64,000 nucleotides of DNA from Candidatus Aenigmatarchaeota archaeon (GTDB lineage Archaea; Aenigmatarchaeota; Aenigmatarchaeia; Aenigmatarchaeales; JACQIB01): NCBI GenBank assembly GCA_016198755.1, contig JACQIB010000004.1, positions 1-64,000 on the forward strand, given 5' to 3'. Every line of letters starts with the position of its first letter. Position 1 is the stretch's first letter. This document shows positions 10,115 through 19,400 of this stretch, in pieces. The notes beneath the pieces are model-generated. The model had not been told where the DNA came from and did no database searches. It saw nothing but the letters and a program-made list of their open reading frames with translations. The position numbers and the translations under genes are program-made.

Positions 10115-10131
10115 TGCGGGAAGGTTAGAAA

Positions 10132-11001
10132 ATGAAATCAAACCGAGGCAGAAGACCAAGATATAAGGCTCCATCAGGTGGTCACGGATCACATTTTAAG
10201 ATTTCTATGGGTAACACAGACTTTATTGCAGATATTGTACTTGACACGTTTAAAACACCGTCCGCCTTTGGTATTATAAATATAAAAATACACTCCAAAG
10301 AGTATTATTGTTATATTGTAAAGAAGTTCATAACAAAATTGCTAAGCATTACCTCTATAGCTGTTGATCATAATATAACTACAGCGTATCCTGTCAATAT
10401 GAAAATTGCAAATTATAAGGCAAAAATAAAACATATAACAGAATGGAAGAATAGTATTGAGGCGTGGATTACTGTACAAATATCAGAAGTTGGGCTTACT
10501 TTCTTCGCCTTAGACTACTATAAGAACCTATATAGAACTGGTAAATATTGTAATATTGCAATTTCAGCCTTTGCCTATCTATTAAGACCAGCTACAAACA
10601 ATGTAATAGCTGCTAGGGGAGGGAAGAGATATAGTACTAACGTAATGTGCGCTCTTCTACCTTATAGTATTTTGAATAAAAACGCATTTCCAGATGAGTA
10701 TTGGTTCCGAGGGCAGATAATAGATATTATAGAAGATGATAAAATTAAATTATTTAAACCAAAAAATAAATTATTTAAAATAAAAGTAGCCATTGTTAGT
10801 GGGAACCCTCTAGAAATCTGGGTATACGCTCTTAAGGATGCCATAGACGGTGAATTTAACATAGGGGATTATATATCAGGAATTATATGGATACAGGGAT
10901 TCTTGAACGAAATAAACTCTACTGGTGTAGATGCTTATATTACAGATGCAGAAAAGTTTAGTGTATTTCTTAATGAAATGTATACGAACAGAAATAAATG
11001 A
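10132..11001 (+). CDS. Hypothetical protein, possibly orphan immunity-type (weakly DUF3881-like C-terminus)
   Basis: 289-aa AT-rich ORF with DEYWFRGQI...IGDYISGIIWIQG. Confidence 0.6.
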   Translation: MKSNRGRRPRYKAPSGGHGSHFKISMGNTDFIADIVLDTFKTPSAFGIINIKIHSKEYYCYIVKKFITKLLSITSIAVDHNITTAYPVNMKIANYKAKIKHITEWKNSIEAWITVQISEVGLTFFALDYYKNLYRTGKYCNIAISAFAYLLRPATNNVIAARGGKRYSTNVMCALLPYSILNKNAFPDEYWFRGQIIDIIEDDKIKLFKPKNKLFKIKVAIVSGNPLEIWVYALKDAIDGEFNIGDYISGIIWIQGFLNEINSTGVDAYITDAEKFSVFLNEMYTNRNK

Positions 11002-11002
11002 T

Positions 11003-11103
11003 ATGTTTGGTAAAATAGATGAGAAAGGCTTCATCTTATAATGATTATTTGAAACGCGGAGGTACTCCAGAAGGTATATGAAGGTGTAGAAATGAAATCA
11101 TAA
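11003..11103 (+). pseudogene. Remnant duplicating the 3' end of the 9617-10114 gene and the start of the 10132 gene
   Basis: MFGKIDEKGFIL* vs MLDKVDKNGFIIKQR*; GAAGGTGTAGAAATGAAATCA vs GAAGGTTAGAAAATGAAATCA. Confidence 0.6.
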
Positions 11104-11135
11104 CAACATTTCCTTCTTTTGATTAGGTGATCACC

Positions 11136-11348
11136 ATGGAAAATCTTAAAGTTTTTGACAAAATTTTTGGAAGTAGATACACGCCACGTGAACGAAAGCT
11201 TATTTTAGAAGAACTAAGACAAGGTGCACATTACGAATGTATGCAAACTACGTGTGGATATAAATGGACATCAAAAGAAATAGAGATGTCTTGCCCTAAG
11301 TGCAAATCTATGGATATATATAAAATTAAGGGAAAAAATACCTCTTAG
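11136..11348 (+). CDS. Small zinc-ribbon protein
   Basis: CMQTTCG...CPKCKS; GGTGA Shine-Dalgarno-like sequence before ATG 11136. Confidence 0.65.
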   Translation: MENLKVFDKIFGSRYTPRERKLILEELRQGAHYECMQTTCGYKWTSKEIEMSCPKCKSMDIYKIKGKNTS

Positions 11349-11422
11349 GGAAGGGGCACTAACATACATACCTATACATGGTAAAATACACTGAATAATA
11401 TAACAAAAGACATAGATTTAAA

Positions 11423-11998
11423 GTGAAGATTATGACTATGACTGCTAAAAACAAATTGATAAAAAATATTGAAGCTGCTATTAAAGAAGTTGCAAATAGC
11501 AAAGATAAAGACTTTGTGAAAAAAATAAAGACAGAAGGAATAGATTATCTTGTTTTCCCTGCTAAGAGAGAAAATAAAGAAAAATCATTTTGGGGTAGGT
11601 CTCTTCTTGTTGACCACTACGTTTTTACCCTTAGAGATGCTGCAGAAGAGGTTGGTGAAAAATCCCCACTGTCGAAAAATTGCAGTAGACTGTTACAAGA
11701 AGGAAAAGTTGGGGTTTTTGTAGAGATAGACTTGAAAATATTCTATGATAAATTCAAGACAATATCAGAAGATAGTGGATGGATTGTGAAAAGTCAGTTG
11801 TGGGAAATAGAACCGAAGGGATGGCGTGCAACTATAAATAATCCTAAAGTCGGCGACACTAGTATTGCATTTTTAAAATGGGCAATAATTTCAGCAGCAA
11901 CATTTAGAAGTTTTGATGATGTTCTGAGAGAAAAAGATATGACTCCTGTTGAAGTTAAAACTCTGTTAAACCTTGACAAAAAATACAATAAATTATGA
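11423..11998 (+). CDS. Hypothetical protein
   Basis: 191-aa ORF co-oriented with the AT-rich array; start uncertain. Confidence 0.6.
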   Translation: MKIMTMTAKNKLIKNIEAAIKEVANSKDKDFVKKIKTEGIDYLVFPAKRENKEKSFWGRSLLVDHYVFTLRDAAEEVGEKSPLSKNCSRLLQEGKVGVFVEIDLKIFYDKFKTISEDSGWIVKSQLWEIEPKGWRATINNPKVGDTSIAFLKWAIISAATFRSFDDVLREKDMTPVEVKTLLNLDKKYNKL

Positions 11999-12152
11999 TG
12001 CTTCAAAAGCTATTTTACAATTAGAATTATTTTAACTACTAAACATAATCCGCCAGTTGAGATTAGAAAGTTTTTGACAAAGGATAATATAGCTCTTCGT
12101 ATAATAGATTAATACAACTAGAATTGCAAGTAGTGTAAGTGCCAGAGAATAT

Positions 12153-12219
12153 GTGTGGTGTTGAGCAGTATTAATCGTCGGTATCTCTATCCCCAATATT
12201 CGGCAATTGTAGTGCAAAA
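12153..12219 (+). repeat. Dispersed non-coding repeat R1, copy 3 (degenerate)
   Basis: GTGTGGTG...CGTCGGTATCTCTA...GGCAATTGTA aligns with the reverse complement of 15481-15551. Confidence 0.6.
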
Positions 12220-12256
12220 CATGGGTTTATATAAGTTTCGGTTTATAATTATTGTC

Positions 12257-15200
12257 ATGGCAAAGGGCGTTCAGCTGCATAGGAGAAGAATTGTACATAT
12301 TCCTGCTCCAGTGCAAAATGGGTATGGTTCTGGTAGTTATGTTCCTCCAGCTCAAGCTGTTGCAGATATTAGAGAAAATCCCTTGATTGCTGTTGCTTGT
12401 GCAATGTATGGTCCAAGGCCAAATGCAAGATATGGCTCTTCTTCTAATTTTAGGCCATTAAAAGGGACTGAGAGAGCGCTCAGGGATGCTGCAACCCAAT
12501 ACAAACAGGGAGAACATCCTGTTTTAAGCGCTGTTGCAAGGGCTGGGTATTCTGTTATTAAAGCTGTGGATGATGTTGCTGGGCCTGCTGTTGGTATTGT
12601 TGCTGTTGGAACATTGGCTACTATAGGTGGGGTTGTTCCACTTGAAAAGGATTCAACTGGGAAAACACCTGAAAAGATTTCTGAGCATCCTGATAAAGAA
12701 CAAGCAAAAGTTCCAATTGTTAAGGAGGCAAAAGAGCCTGTTAAGGTATCAGAGAAAATGAAAGGGCAGGAGTATAAAGCTCCTGAGAAACAGGAACCTG
12801 TAAAAACAGTTGCAAAGGGAAGGGGGAGAGCTGCTACAGAATTCTTTGCTGGAGCTGGGCAGGTTGTTAGTTATGTTTCTGCTGTTGATGGGGGAAATGC
12901 TGATGGGAGTTTTGATCCTTCTGACAGGGCTCAGGTACAGCAGGTTGGGCCAATAGCTCAGTATTTGGCTGGAGTAGCTTCTGCTTTTAAGGATACTGAC
13001 CCAGCGAATGGTATTTTTGTGCAGCACTGGTGGAACATGCAGCAACAGATGAAGAGTAATGTTACGCAGGATTTGAGCGGGGCGCCTGGGGGTAATTGCG
13101 GGCAAAGTGTAGACGAAGGTGGGGCACGGTATAACGGTGCCCATAAAGCTTTGGAGTATATTGCTGCAATGAAAGCGCTGGCTGGAAAGGCTGGGCTGGA
13201 TATTAATGGCTCTCCAGCTCAGAAGCCTGGAAATTATCTGGGAGTGTTTGGATGGGAGGTTTCAAAATCGATAAGAGCAAATGAGGCTGCAACAAACAAA
13301 GCTCTACAGCAGGGGTGTACAGTAGATAAAAGTGAAGCTTACATTCCAGCAGAGGATATTGGACCTGGAGTTGATACTTTAGCAAAGCTTGCACAGGCTG
13401 TTGATGGGTTAAAGCAGTGGGTTGATAAAGAGCCAACTGGATTAGGGCCTGTTAGCCCATGGGTTGCTGGGGTAGATAATTTAGGGAAGGTTTATACAGG
13501 GGCTTTAGCAAGAGCTTCTGCGCAGGCTTTGGTTGATGGTATAGGGCTTGCAAAGAAATACAATGATGCTGGGTTGGGAATAGATCAGGTTTCAGATGCG
13601 TTCGCAGGATTGGTTCCGTTTAATTTACCACCAACAATAGAGGGGTTGGCTCTGGATTCTGCGGTTCCAGCATATCTCGGCTTTGAGCCTATATTGAAAG
13701 GAAATATGAGAGATCCTGATGGAAAGGGGATAAGATCTGGCCAAGTACAGGTTGGGGATGATATAGCAGATTTGCCTGTTTCCGGGAAAGTAACTGAAAA
13801 AATAGAATATGCTCTAAAGAACTTGCGTTTAGGAAATAATAAAGTTCTTGTAAGGGCAGGTGATAGCGCATGGGTTGTGGATACAAGCATGGATGTAAAT
13901 GTAACTGATCCTGCTCCAACAATGGATACATGGAACTCTTCAGTTGAGAAAGTAAGCGATGGATTGTATAAAGTTTATGTTTCTGCTTTCCTTGCTGATG
14001 ATAATGACAATATAGATGGTGTAAGGGCTGTGGATGTGAATGGTTCTGGGTTTAATATTGGGTTAGAGAAAACAACTGTAACAAAACTGGAGAATGGGAA
14101 GACTTTTGTAAGGTATGAAGGGGTGCAGAATGTTAGATTAAAGAATCCTGGGGATTCAAAGGATTTGACTTTGCAGTTAAGGTATAAGGATCCTACAAAC
14201 CCTGAAGTACAGGCACCGAATACTGAGAGGATTAACGTTGTTTATCCAAAGCCAGCACCGCCAAATCCAATAAATAATGGAACACCTAACGGAACTCCAC
14301 TAAATAATTCTACGGTTATTCCACCGATAGTAGATAATGGAGATGGGCACACAGAGCCACCGAGGGATTATAGGGGATTGCTTGCTGGTTTAGTTGCTTT
14401 GGGAGGAGGCGGTGGAGCAGGAATTTGGCAGCGCAGAAGGATTGCAGCTGCTTTGGGTATGGGAAGTAGAATCAATGGTGGAAATGTAAGATATACTCCG
14501 CTGGCTGGGAATGGATATTCCCAAAATGTTGATCTGACATCAATATTGGATGCAATTGTCTATGTTGGGCCAGGAGGAAGGGTAATGTTTGTTGAACAGT
14601 CTAAGAGAGGAAATCAGTTCTTATCAAAGGGTTCAAGGATAGATACTGATTTGGCAGGTGGGATGATAGATGCTGTATTAAGTGGTCTGGGCCAAGTATT
14701 GGGAAATAATATTAGTAGTGCTGTTACAACATTGGCTGATGGAAGCAAAGCAAGATATGTTAGGGGCAGGAGTGGGGATGTGCTTTGCATAATAACCAAC
14801 CCTAAACATGCTAATGCGCCTCCAGAACAACTTTCTTTGGTATTGCCTCAACTTGACCAAAAATTGGAACAGGAGATGGAGCAAACAATGAGAGATATAG
14901 AAAACCTTGTTCCTGAGCTGAAAGATTGGCAGGGGGAAACATCTTCTACAGATAGTGCAGGACAAAAAGTAAATGCACCAATTGTAGATAGAATTGCAGA
15001 AGTTGTCAGGACTAGGGTTATTGAAGGAAAGGATCCAGTATTAGTTTTACAGCCTCTACCACAAGCTTCTGTACCACCTGTTGATTCTAGGGGAGGTTTA
15101 TTGGATGCGCAGGGGGAGGCTGAGAGACCCACAGGGGATATACCTCACCCAGAGATAACAGCCCATGTTCAGCCTGCAGATGGGTTTGGGCCTCCAGTTA

Positions 15201-15472
15201 GGCCTAAGCCAAGGGTTGTTTCTGACCAGTCAATGTCTCCACCGCCTATGCCAACTGGAGTTTCAGACCTTTTGGCTTCAACACCAGCCCCTCCAACAGA
15301 TAGTGTTGCTTTGAGAGCTAGTGTAATGAGAGGGATGGAGCCTCCGGAAGATTTATCAGGAGTTGGGATGCATCCCGGTGTTCCAGCAAACGGGAATGGG
15401 GAACATGTGGATGTGGAAGGGATTTTGGGTGGATTGGGATTAGGGAAAGGAAAGGGCGGGGCAGGGAGATAA
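12257..15472 (+). CDS. Large membrane protein: ectodomain with Ig-like modules, TM, cytoplasmic longin/roadblock-like domain and Pro-rich tail
   Basis: Likely start MAKGVQL (12257) after a TATA-like TTTATATA. TM GLLAGLVALGGGGGAGIWQRRR. IDTDLAGGMIDAV...ELKDWQG motif. Confidence 0.7.
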   Translation: MAKGVQLHRRRIVHIPAPVQNGYGSGSYVPPAQAVADIRENPLIAVACAMYGPRPNARYGSSSNFRPLKGTERALRDAATQYKQGEHPVLSAVARAGYSVIKAVDDVAGPAVGIVAVGTLATIGGVVPLEKDSTGKTPEKISEHPDKEQAKVPIVKEAKEPVKVSEKMKGQEYKAPEKQEPVKTVAKGRGRAATEFFAGAGQVVSYVSAVDGGNADGSFDPSDRAQVQQVGPIAQYLAGVASAFKDTDPANGIFVQHWWNMQQQMKSNVTQDLSGAPGGNCGQSVDEGGARYNGAHKALEYIAAMKALAGKAGLDINGSPAQKPGNYLGVFGWEVSKSIRANEAATNKALQQGCTVDKSEAYIPAEDIGPGVDTLAKLAQAVDGLKQWVDKEPTGLGPVSPWVAGVDNLGKVYTGALARASAQALVDGIGLAKKYNDAGLGIDQVSDAFAGLVPFNLPPTIEGLALDSAVPAYLGFEPILKGNMRDPDGKGIRSGQVQVGDDIADLPVSGKVTEKIEYALKNLRLGNNKVLVRAGDSAWVVDTSMDVNVTDPAPTMDTWNSSVEKVSDGLYKVYVSAFLADDNDNIDGVRAVDVNGSGFNIGLEKTTVTKLENGKTFVRYEGVQNVRLKNPGDSKDLTLQLRYKDPTNPEVQAPNTERINVVYPKPAPPNPINNGTPNGTPLNNSTVIPPIVDNGDGHTEPPRDYRGLLAGLVALGGGGGAGIWQRRRIAAALGMGSRINGGNVRYTPLAGNGYSQNVDLTSILDAIVYVGPGGRVMFVEQSKRGNQFLSKGSRIDTDLAGGMIDAVLSGLGQVLGNNISSAVTTLADGSKARYVRGRSGDVLCIITNPKHANAPPEQLSLVLPQLDQKLEQEMEQTMRDIENLVPELKDWQGETSSTDSAGQKVNAPIVDRIAEVVRTRVIEGKDPVLVLQPLPQASVPPVDSRGGLLDAQGEAERPTGDIPHPEITAHVQPADGFGPPVRPKPRVVSDQSMSPPPMPTGVSDLLASTPAPPTDSVALRASVMRGMEPPEDLSGVGMHPGVPANGNGEHVDVEGILGGLGLGKGKGGAGR

Positions 15473-15474
15473 AA

Positions 15475-15562
15475 TCCAGATATTTACATACAATTGCCAA
15501 ACATTTGAGGAGTTAGAGCTACCGACGGCTATATATGTTAATTCACCACACTGCTAATAAAC
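15475..15562 (-). repeat. Dispersed non-coding repeat R1, copy 2 (inverted)
   Basis: Reverse complement aligns with 4532-4620 and 12153-12219. Confidence 0.8.
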
Positions 15563-15585
15563 TGGACAACTACGAGAGCTAACGG

Positions 15586-16026
15586 GTGTTAGATATAGAG
15601 CTTAGAAAAATAATATATGGTCTTATTTTGATAGCCTTTGTTGTGACAACTGTTATTTTCTGGCAAATAATGAAATTAAATGAGCTGAATAATGGTAGCG
15701 AGCTTAAGAACAATGTTGCAGAATTTATACAAAAATTTCATACATTAAAGTCTGCTGGAAAGGATAGTTTTGACAACATCACACTTCATGTCCCAAATGG
15801 ACAACACCTCACCATAGACATAGAAGACACATCTAGCTATATCAGCTATTACAATGGTTTAAACTTCACTTTTATCTTACCAGCTAAAATAATAAAATTT
15901 AAAGACAAAGATACGATATACACAAAGGGTAAGATAAATTTTACGAATGACACGTATAAGATAAAGTTATATTATGGTGTACTAAAGGACGAAAATATTG
16001 AACCGTGGACTCTCACTTTTGAGTAA
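15586..16026 (+). CDS. Small protein with N-terminal TM, possibly archaeal pilin-like
   Basis: GTG start; hydrophobic helix followed by an amphipathic helix and beta strands; no clean class III cleavage site. Confidence 0.5.
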   Translation: MLDIELRKIIYGLILIAFVVTTVIFWQIMKLNELNNGSELKNNVAEFIQKFHTLKSAGKDSFDNITLHVPNGQHLTIDIEDTSSYISYYNGLNFTFILPAKIIKFKDKDTIYTKGKINFTNDTYKIKLYYGVLKDENIEPWTLTFE

Positions 16027-16082
16027 TTGTGTTCTATAAAGTGCCAATGCATAAAATCCATCAGCACTTCGCTCTAACGACA

Positions 16083-16457
16083 TTATTTGAAGCGTTTTTT
16101 TATAATATTCAATGTATTTTCTGTTATTTTGCCTTTTGTTTTCAAGTCCTTTTTAGCAGCCCTATAAAATAATTTGAATAACAAATAGGATTTTTTATCC
16201 TTAGGTGGATTTATAATACTATCCAGTGTTTTTTGGGATTCACCACGACGCTTTAATTGATCAACATATTCCTCAAATCTTTCGTAACCTTCTATTATTG
16301 CTTTTTGTCTTTCTATATCAAATGATATGGCTTTTAAATGATCCCTCAAGACACCCAATGCAGCTTCTTCTTTGCTCAGTCTCTTATTTATAGCATCCGT
16401 TAAAATAAAACTTCCATACCATGGCTTAAAGGTTTTAGGTGTATTATACTTAGACAT
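16083..16457 (-). CDS. Probable immunity/partner protein of P3
   Basis: 124 aa; overlaps the P3 3' end by 8 bp. Confidence 0.6.
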   Translation of the reverse strand: MSKYNTPKTFKPWYGSFILTDAINKRLSKEEAALGVLRDHLKAISFDIERQKAIIEGYERFEEYVDQLKRRGESQKTLDSIINPPKDKKSYLLFKLFYRAAKKDLKTKGKITENTLNIIKKRFK

Positions 16458-19400
16458 TTTCTATCACACTCCTCATAGTTTTTATAGTTTTATCAAGATA
16501 TGTTTTCGTGGCCGGGGAAAGTCTGCTTATTATATCATTCAGTTGATGATTTACAATATCATCACTTAGATTTAAGGTCTTTAAGTATGCAATATCAGAA
16601 ATATTTTCTTCTCCAATGGATAATATTTTATCGGATTTATTATAAAAATATTTTATATTAGATAACAATGACTGTACAGTCTCACTCCACCCCTTTACCA
16701 TTCTCGGATCTTCTTTAAGTACAAGATAATCGGCAATCAAGCGTTCTTCTATGGTTTCTGTAAGCTCCTTTTTGGCTGCTTCGGATATATCCAACTTATC
16801 CACCATTTTAGCAATATCATTTTCTGTCGGTATCTTTCCAGCAGCTCTTAGCTCTTCTTTCAATATTTCCTTTGTCTCGTGGCGCATTCCAAATTCGAAT
16901 CCGTCTTCAGATAGTTTGGCAGCTTTTATAGGGTTTACACCCAATATTTTTGTTCCCTTTACAACTCCAAAAGAAGCATCTAGTCCCTCGCTGTCTACAA
17001 TATAATTTGTAAAGCTTTTGTCCGATAATATGCGCTCTATTCTATTGTTGGATATTCCGGATTTCGAGAGCTTTGAAGCAAATCTAGCTAATCGCCCAGC
17101 TTCTGTTGTTGTCAATTTCCTTCCAGTTTTTAGAACAATACGTCCCACAAGTTCGACAGCTTCCTCTCCGTTTGCTTTTATTAGCGTTTGAAGACCTTTG
17201 CGCCCAATCATTTCAACAAGTAACTTTACACCCGATTTTGTTGGCATTTCTATAACGCCACCTATTGGCATAAGATCTGCCATATCCCAAGCATCTAGAA
17301 CCAATCCAGCACCCATAAACTCTACAATCGCCTGTTCAGCATGAATTTCACTTATGCCTAACTGCTGGGAAATTACAAGAGGTGCATCTTCCCCATATCG
17401 CATAACAGCATCATCTACTATCATCTGATCAGTTGGATTTCTTTTATAGGGTTCAATAAATGTGTAATAGAAATTATTTGAAATTGTTGACACCCTATCT
17501 GATACGGTCTTTCCTACATTTTTTACTATGTTAAACATTCCAAAAAATCCATAATTTTGATAAGAATCATTAAATACATTGTCTAGATTAGACAAAAGCT
17601 CTATATATTTTTCCCTACTTCCAACTGTTCCTTTATCTATAGTATTTTTCAGCCAGCTGTCTAATAAAGTCTTTATTTTGCCGTATTTTTCTTTGCTAAC
17701 TAAGCCATTATTAATAAAGAAACTAGAAAGATTGCCGGCGTTCTTTATTGAGAGCTTATCCCCAGACCTCTCTGCCAATAACTCAGCAGCTACAATTTGT
17801 TCGAGCTCGCGCTTTGTAAGTTTAACATCTGGATGTTCTGTGTATCTTTCTATTAAATAAAGTTGCTGCATAACAAAATAATTAACTTTAGAATTAAATT
17901 GTTCTACACCTGCTTTAACTCTTATTAAATCGTCCGCCTCAAGTTCATCAAGCCATGTATTGGTGTAGTATCTTGCGCTATCCAACTGAAGATCCCATCG
18001 GTTCTGATAACGGTTCTGATGTATGTACAGGTGTGCCATCTCATGTGCTATAGTTGATTTAGTTACAAAACTATAAACATCTACAGTTTCTTGTATCTTA
18101 TCATCTACCTCTCGGTATATCTTATCTGTTGGAGTTTTCAATACAATGAAATTCAGACTTGCCTCAGCATTTCTATCATCTCCAATATTTCCTAAGGCCA
18201 CAAAATCAGGCTTTATACCAAAATTAGCTTCTTGTTTCTCTATTTCACGTTCCAATATGCTACGCTCTTCTTGTGGTAGTGTACTTAGTGGTTTCCAGCC
18301 TTCTATCAAAGCATGAAGTCCATCGCTAGCATGAAATATGGCGCCTTTTGTCCAATCTAGAATATTGCTTACCCCATTCATAATGTTTTGCGGTATACTA
18401 GAGATTCCATTAATATTAATCGTATTTCTGTTGTTTTCATTATCCTCTGCTATCTCTAAAAATTTATTGCTCATGCTACTAAGTTTCTGGGAGTTCTCAT
18501 ACCCAATCCCAGCGCTCCCAGATAAAACTCTCAACTCCTTAGCAGCCTCCATAGTAGATAATTTACCTGAGCCAGCCAGTTTATTCACCCAGGCAACCTG
18601 CTCAGCAACCTTCTCCAGTTCTTCCTTCTCTTTCTTTTTCTTAGCCTGTTCCTGAAACCCCTTTATAATAGATTCAATCTCAGCCTGCCGTTTCTTTATT
18701 TCCGGAACCCTAATCTCATTATAATACTTTTCCTCTTTTCCAATATTGTTCCAGAAAGTTTTTAATCTTTCTCCGGGGCCGGCAGAGGAGTTTCCATATT
18801 TTCTATTGTTGGAGTTTCTAAGAGCAGCATAACCAACTCCAACAGCAGCTACTCCAGCTAAACCGGCAGCGAGCGGGATTGCAGAAGAACTAGAATCTGT
18901 TCCTGCGCTGTTAGAGCCGCCACCGGAATCCTGAACAAACGGGTTTCCTGTTATTGGCAGAACAATTGGGGTTTCTGTTATTTCCAGGTTGTAATCCTTG
19001 CTCTTGCTAATCCCATACTCATTGTAAACAGCTGTTATTTTAACAGAGTATTTTCCTGTCTGGTTAATATTCAAAGTTAACGGAACTTCTGTTTGCCCGT
19101 CCAAATCCAGAGTATCTTCTATGGGCAGAGCAACACTCTTCCCGTTTTCAAACAGTTCGGCATAAACTGTTGCATTCCCTGCACCGTTAACCAAAACTGT
19201 TATTGTTGGATCTTCAACTGTAACAGAATAGCTGGAAAGCCCTAAAATATCCAGAGACTTTTGCACAAAACTCATGTCAAATTTCTTGAAACCACCCGGT
19301 CTGGGGTTTGGTTCTGCATAAGTGGAGACCCAGCAATTTATATTATTTATGCCTGGCTTTACCTTACTGGAAATGTCAGCCATAAGGTTGTACTTTTCGT

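Noticed and set aside
12155-12256. GTG start and N-terminal extension of the 1105-aa ORF
   Set aside because: The region holds the R1 repeat and a TATA-like box; ATG 12257 is the more plausible start.
15505-16080. GTTAGAT/GCTCTAAC motifs suggesting integron attC sites
   Set aside because: No properly paired RYYYAAC...GTTRRRY hairpins at successive gene ends, and no integron integrase in the window.
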